Shown in pieces: positions 59,089 through 64,000 of a stretch of DNA of 64,000 nt (positions are counted from its first letter, which is position 1; the number at the start of each line of letters is the position of its first letter). Both the position numbers and the translations under genes were made by a program. The stretch spans positions 223,305 to 287,304 of the forward strand of contig JBKBRF010000001.1 in the NCBI GenBank assembly GCA_046292385.1, given 5' to 3'. The stretch is from Armatimonadota bacterium (GTDB lineage: Bacteria; Armatimonadota; SYMT01). The notes beneath the pieces are model-generated. The model was not told the origin of the DNA, did not search any database, and worked only from the letters and a program-made list of their open reading frames with translations.

Positions 59089-61683
59089 ATGCCCCGCCAT
59101 CCCCGCTTGCACCGTCTCGCCGCGCCTGCCGCGCTGTTCAGCGCCTTACTGGCCACCGGAGCCGGCGCCGCGAGCCTCCCCGACTTCGACATCCAGAGCG
59201 GCTCTCGCGGCACCACGCTGCCGCCGCCGCCCGGCGCGCTCTCTACTTCGGGTAAAGAGGTGCCGGCGGGCACGGTGATCAAGCTCGACGCGCTGACCGG
59301 CACCGCCAGCCGCGTCTCCCATCCCCGCTCTACGCTGACCCGCCCCAGCTCCCTGCCGGCGGAGCAGGTGGCGCGCGGCTTCCTCCGCAGCGCCTCCGGG
59401 CTCTTCCGCCTGCGCGAGTCGGACCTGGCGGCCGTGACGCGGGTCCACCAGCACTCCACCGAGGGTCCGGGCGTCTCCCACGTCACCTTCGGCCAGCAGT
59501 TCCAGGGCATTCCGGTCTTCAAGGCGGAAAAGCTGGTCCACGTCGACCGGCGCGGCCGCGTGCTCTCCGCCTCCGGCGCGCTGGTGCCGGAGCTGCGCGC
59601 CACGATCTCCGCGGTCGCGCCGCGCTTGAGCGCCGCGGAGGCGGTCCGGAGGGCGCTGCACCATGCCAGCATTCCGGCTGCGGCTCCCGGCCGGCAGGTG
59701 GCCGGTCCCATCGGAAAGCGGCGGGAGACTCGCTTCGTAAACGACCGGCTGCTCACCCGGCCGGCGGAGGTGGAGCTCTCCTACCTTCCGGTGGCGCCGG
59801 GCCGCACCGCGCTGGCGTGGGACACCACCCTCTGGCTCAAGAATTCGACGGCGGTCTACCACGTGCTGGTCGACGCGACCACCGGCGACCTGCTCTTCCG
59901 AAAGAACTACACGCAGCACGCCGCGAGCGGGTTGATCTACGACCACGAGGCGCCGCAGGACGGGGCGCCCTATCTGGGTACTACCCCGCCGGTGCTCCCA
60001 CGGGTGACCGCGCCGTTCAACGGCAGCGATCACTTCCAGGCGTCAGACCCGCACTTCGACTGGTGGGCGGGAGAGTCGCAAACCAGCTCCCTGAGCAACA
60101 ACGTCCGCGCGGTGGAGGACAGGGACAACGACGGGCGGCTGGGCGGTCTCTTCGACGTGCAGCAAAGCAACTTCGCCTTCGAGCTCGACCTGAGCAAAGA
60201 CCCCGCCCAGTACCTCGCCGCCTCGGTCACCAACCTCTTCTACTGGAACAACTACCTGCACGACGTGTGGTACACGTTTGGCTTCAACGAGGCCGCGCGG
60301 AATTTCCAGCATAAGAACTTCGGGCTCGGCGGCATTCCGTCAGACTCGATCCTCGCGGTGGCACAGCTCGGCGCGGATGTGAGTGACCCGAAGTTCCGCA
60401 ACAACGCCAGCATGTCGGTGCCGCCGGACGGCCAGGCCGGGCAGATGCTGATGTACGTGTGGGACGAGGCGGGGAGCCCGCTGCGAGACGGGTCGCTCTC
60501 CGCGGACATCATCGCCCACGAGTACTTCCACGGGGTGAGCCTGCGGCTGGTCGGCAACGCCAACGGGCTGAACGGCTTCCAGGGCGGCGCGATCGGCGAG
60601 GGGCTGTCCGACTTCGCCGCGCTGATGGTCCACGCGCGCCAGATCGACGATCCGCTGGGCACCTACCCGATCGGCGGCTACGTGCTGAACGACTTCCGGT
60701 TCGGCATCCGCAAGGAGCCGTACAGCGTCAACCCGAACGTCTTCACCCGCACCTACCGGCGGATCGGCGACCTGCGGAACGGGCAGTTGAGGGTCCACGA
60801 CGGCGGAGAGATCCTCTGCAACGCGCTCTGGCAGACCTATGCGCGGCTCTACGAGCGGCTCGGCTTCACGCAGGCGAAGCGGCGGTCGATGCAGCTCCTG
60901 ATCGACGCGCTGAAGCTCTCTCCCGCCGACCCGACCTTCCTCGACTTCCGCGACGCGCTGCTCCTGGCGGACCAGAACCGCTACGGCGGCGATTCCCGCA
61001 CAGAGATCTGGCGCGCCTTCGCCTCCCGCGGCATGGGCTTCTCCGCCACTACGACCGGTCCGGACGACACCGCCCCGCAGGAAGCGTTCAACACGCCGGA
61101 CCCGATTCCCGGAGACACGAACGGGGACGGCTTCGTGAACGTGGTCGACCTGCAGACGCTGGTGAACGTGGTACGCGGCGTCACGCCGAAGAACGTGGAG
61201 ATCCAGGACGTCAACGGCGACTCGGACGTCACCGACGCGGATTACGACGCGTTCCTGGAGCTCTACCTGGCGATGGAGGACGACTTCCTCTTCGGCGGCG
61301 ACGCCGAGATCCTGGCGAAGAAGAAAAAGAAGGTGCCGTTCTTCGGCTTCCATCCCGGCAAGCTGCAGATCTCGGCGCTCGCCTTCGACCTGATCCCGGG
61401 GAAGAACGACATCGTGGTGGAGCTGAAGCTCGCCCGGAACGACCTCCGCCTCGCCGCCAAGACGCTCGGCAACCGCCGCGGTCGCGTGGTGCTCTTCAGC
61501 ACCACCGGCCAGCCGATCCCGAAGGCCGCGAAGCTGCTCCTCTTCAAGGCGAAGGGCCTGAAGTCGGTAATCCCGCTCGATCCCAGCACCGACAACCGGG
61601 GCTCCGAAGGCGCCTCGCCGGCTGCCACCCTGCACGAGATCCCGTACGTAAAGGGCGGAAAGCGCGGCCCCGGCCTGGGGTAA
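59089..61683 (+). CDS. Secreted M36 (fungalysin-like) metalloprotease with dockerin-like repeat and Lys-rich C-terminal domain
   Basis: Signal peptide; FTP/PepSY-like propeptide (FGQQFQGIPV, VLVDATTG); NLFYWNN..HD..Y.FGFNE...NFQ; HEYFH; GEGLSD; GDTNGDGFVNVVD...DVNGDSDVTDAD. Confidence 0.88.
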   Translation: MPRHPRLHRLAAPAALFSALLATGAGAASLPDFDIQSGSRGTTLPPPPGALSTSGKEVPAGTVIKLDALTGTASRVSHPRSTLTRPSSLPAEQVARGFLRSASGLFRLRESDLAAVTRVHQHSTEGPGVSHVTFGQQFQGIPVFKAEKLVHVDRRGRVLSASGALVPELRATISAVAPRLSAAEAVRRALHHASIPAAAPGRQVAGPIGKRRETRFVNDRLLTRPAEVELSYLPVAPGRTALAWDTTLWLKNSTAVYHVLVDATTGDLLFRKNYTQHAASGLIYDHEAPQDGAPYLGTTPPVLPRVTAPFNGSDHFQASDPHFDWWAGESQTSSLSNNVRAVEDRDNDGRLGGLFDVQQSNFAFELDLSKDPAQYLAASVTNLFYWNNYLHDVWYTFGFNEAARNFQHKNFGLGGIPSDSILAVAQLGADVSDPKFRNNASMSVPPDGQAGQMLMYVWDEAGSPLRDGSLSADIIAHEYFHGVSLRLVGNANGLNGFQGGAIGEGLSDFAALMVHARQIDDPLGTYPIGGYVLNDFRFGIRKEPYSVNPNVFTRTYRRIGDLRNGQLRVHDGGEILCNALWQTYARLYERLGFTQAKRRSMQLLIDALKLSPADPTFLDFRDALLLADQNRYGGDSRTEIWRAFASRGMGFSATTTGPDDTAPQEAFNTPDPIPGDTNGDGFVNVVDLQTLVNVVRGVTPKNVEIQDVNGDSDVTDADYDAFLELYLAMEDDFLFGGDAEILAKKKKKVPFFGFHPGKLQISALAFDLIPGKNDIVVELKLARNDLRLAAKTLGNRRGRVVLFSTTGQPIPKAAKLLLFKAKGLKSVIPLDPSTDNRGSEGASPAATLHEIPYVKGGKRGPGLG

Positions 61684-61709
61684 GCGTTTACCTCTCTGCC
61701 CCTAAAGCG

Positions 61710-61756
61710 GAAGAGCGCGGCACGGTCTCACAGCCGGCCGCGCTCTTCGTGTTTCT
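61710..61756 (+). terminator. Terminator hairpin after the M36 protease
   Basis: GAAGAGCGCGGC...GCCGCGCTCTTC, 12-bp stem followed by GTGTTTCT. Confidence 0.6.
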
Positions 61757-61907
61757 GTCGGGCTAGGCGCGGGTTCGCAGCGGGACGATGCCCGTTGACG
61801 AGCCCCGCACTCGCCCCCTCGGAGGATCAGCTCTCAACGTCTGCTGCCGGCGCCGCTTCTCGCGCCTTGAGACAGGTCGCGGCAGTTGAGTCTCGAGCCG
61901 GGGGCAT

Positions 61908-62300
61908 TCAGGTGTCGATGTCGCCCCAAGCCGTCCTCATCGTTTCTCTCGCCATCGCTTCTGTGGGGTACAACTCGGCCCACGCGATCAAGGCAAAGTC
62001 GTGAGCCTGGAGGACGGACCCGGGCTCGGGCTTCCCGAATACCTCGCAGACGTAGACCGCGATGGGCCATTCGGTGACTGGGAATAGTCCTGACCCCTTG
62101 TGTCTCGTCGCGATCATCACCCGATCCAGCTCGCGGCCGGCGCCGGGACCGTCCTCGATCTGGATGGGGGGCGTCACCGCGATCAACAGATAGTCACTCC
62201 GGTGCGTTCCCGCGAGCCGCCACAGGCGAGTGCACTGCCGCGGTTCTGAAAGGGTGAGAATCTCTGTCGAGGCCAGGAAGAAATCCGGGTGAGCTTGCAT
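61908..62300 (-). CDS. Hypothetical protein (130 aa)
   Basis: Protein-like composition, AAAGGG RBS-like sequence upstream of the ATG, lower GC than neighbours; no family recognised. Confidence 0.5.
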   Translation of the reverse strand: MQAHPDFFLASTEILTLSEPRQCTRLWRLAGTHRSDYLLIAVTPPIQIEDGPGAGRELDRVMIATRHKGSGLFPVTEWPIAVYVCEVFGKPEPGSVLQAHDFALIAWAELYPTEAMARETMRTAWGDIDT

Positions 62301-62431
62301 CTAAACCCCTTTCCAGAGCGGCGGATCGAGCCGTTGGGGATCACGCCGGCGGCCGTCCTCCTGTAAGCTCCGTACTTGGAGCTACGGGGTTCGGAAGTAA
62401 GTACTTCCAGGCTCTCGGTTCGACTGGGCTC

Positions 62432-62482
62432 AGCCCGCGCAGGCGGGCTTCGCTCTCTGTAGCCTCGACTTTAGTCCGAGGC
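62432..62482. repeat. GTAG-type REP element
   Basis: AGCCCGC-GCAG-GCGGGCT hairpin followed by GTAG and the CCTCG..ACTTTAGT..CGAGG palindrome. Confidence 0.65.
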
Positions 62483-62830
62483 GCGAATCCGGCCCAACTT
62501 CCCGTTCGCCACGTAGACCCTCTGGACCCCATTTGTAGGCATCTTCGTACACATACCCTACACAGCGGTTGGCTGGCAGCTCTGGATTACATAGCGGTCC
62601 CACCTGATTCCATCAGGCGATCACAGGCGCCGCGTGAGACTTCCGTTCACCAAGGCCGGACGCGCTCTTCTCGTTTCCGGAGATCGGTCGAACCAGACTC
62701 GCCCTCGCGCCGGTATAAACTACCGGGGTCACTTCCGGCCCTTCGCGGCGCCCGTACCGGTGGTGCCGCAACCTGAGTGGGGAAGCACTGGGTGCGATCG
62801 GATCTCTCCTGGACCACGCCTAAATCGAGG

Positions 62831-64000
62831 ATGCGCTCGGGCACGGCCCGGCTCGGACCGGCGCTCACGCTCAACATCGGGGCGGCGCTTACCAGCCTGC
62901 TCGGCAACGCCTTTCGAGCGGCGCTGACGGTGCTCGGGGTCGTGATCGGTGTCGCCTCCGTAATCGTGCTCGTCGCCTTTGGCGAGGGCGCGCAGCGGGA
63001 GATCACCTCCCAGATCGACACCCTCGGCGCTTCCGTCTCCATCCTGGTCCCGGGGAAGATGCAGGGCCAGGCCAACTTCAACCCGATGGGCGGAATGGGC
63101 CTGAGCAACATCACCTGGGACGACGTGGAGGCCGTGCGGAGCGTGCCGGGCATCCGGGCCGCGGCGCCGGTCACCTTCATCGGGGGCGGGGTCTACCGCG
63201 GCGAGAAGGCGGCGGAGATCTGCATGCCGATCGCCACCACCCCGGAGTTCCAGAGCATCCGCCGCCTCACGCTGCAGGACGGGCGGTTCTTCACCGGCGC
63301 GGAGCTGGAGCGGAAGGTCTGCATCCTGGGGAAGGGGATCAAGCAGGACCTTTTTGGCGAGGAGCCGGCGGTGGGGAAGGAGATCTCGATCAACGACACC
63401 GCCTACCGCGTGATCGGGGTCGCCGCGGAGCGCAGCATCGGGAGCGGGATGTTCGGCGGCGACGAGCTCGACGCGCTGATCTACCTGCCGTTCTCCGCCG
63501 TGGAGAAGCAGTACGGGATGTCGCTCATCCACCGCGTCTTCGTCGACGTGATGCCGGACCGGGAGCCGGAAGCGGTGCTGGAGCAGGTGCGGCAGACGGT
63601 GCTGCAGCAGCACGGGGGCCGGGACGACTTCTCCCTCCTCGGCGCCAAAGAGCTGCTCTCGATGTTCTACCGGATCTTCACCCTGCTGGCGTCGCTGCTG
63701 GTCGGCATCACCAGCATTTCGCTCATCGTCGGCGGGATCGGGATCATGAACGTGATGCTCGTCTCGGTGACGGAGCGGACGCGGGAGATCGGCATCCGGA
63801 AGACGGTCGGCGCCCGCCGCCGCGACATCTTCTTCCAGTTCCTCACGGAGGCGGTGGTGCTCTCCGCCGTCGGCGGCGCGCTGGGGATCGGGCTGGCGGT
63901 GCTGGTCTGCCGCCTGGTGGTGATCTGGATGCCGCTGCAGCCGGTCATCACCGGCAGCTCCGTCGCGCTCGGATTCGGGGTCTGCGTCGTCGTCGGCATC
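62831..64000 (+). CDS. MacB/FtsX-like ABC transporter permease (3' truncated; absent from the ORF track)
   Basis: Own translation from ATG 62831: RAALTVLGVVIGVASVIVLVAFGEG...GRFF...SLIVGGIGIMNVMLVSVTERTREIGIRKTVGARRRDIFFQFLTEA. Confidence 0.92.
   Translation, partial: MRSGTARLGPALTLNIGAALTSLLGNAFRAALTVLGVVIGVASVIVLVAFGEGAQREITSQIDTLGASVSILVPGKMQGQANFNPMGGMGLSNITWDDVEAVRSVPGIRAAAPVTFIGGGVYRGEKAAEICMPIATTPEFQSIRRLTLQDGRFFTGAELERKVCILGKGIKQDLFGEEPAVGKEISINDTAYRVIGVAAERSIGSGMFGGDELDALIYLPFSAVEKQYGMSLIHRVFVDVMPDREPEAVLEQVRQTVLQQHGGRDDFSLLGAKELLSMFYRIFTLLASLLVGITSISLIVGGIGIMNVMLVSVTERTREIGIRKTVGARRRDIFFQFLTEAVVLSAVGGALGIGLAVLVCRLVVIWMPLQPVITGSSVALGFGVCVVVGI

Overview
High-GC bacterial chromosomal window, roughly 70% GC by eye. 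The gene content and DUF1559-like pilin suggest a diderm such as Armatimonadota, but this is inference only. The centre (about 8.3-44.6 kb) is a complete and very unusual type IVa pilus locus bracketed by shikimate genes (aroE upstream; aroK and aroB downstream). It contains pilB, pilT, pilC, pilD, one normal-sized pilin and three giant PilV/W/X-like prepilins (727, 620 and 1057 aa). These are followed by a four-helix-bundle gene inside a long RNA stem, two giant secreted proteins (1769 and 2687 aa), pilM-pilN-pilP/GspC-like-pilO with Met/Gly-rich tails, a barrel-less secretin N-domain protein and a secretin. An ECF-type promoter motif, G(G/C)AAC-N17-CGTC, sits upstream of five genes: a sigma-70 factor, aroE (head of the aroE-pilB run) and three pilus genes. 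The left flank holds the trmD end, a HEAT-repeat protein, an amidohydrolase, an ASCH protein, pcp, a degenerate AAA protein, the sigma factor, a LolA-like protein and tdk. The right flank holds a PASTA kinase, rpe, ribD/E/BA/H, HtrA, a DUF2231-Rieske fusion, an RlmK-like methyltransferase, an SDR, an M36 protease with a dockerin-like repeat and a MacB-like permease. It also contains a deiodinase-like selenoprotein split by the ORF track (in-frame UGA plus SECIS-like hairpin). No rRNA, tRNA, CRISPR array or transposase was seen. All family calls are from motif recognition by eye, with no database searches.
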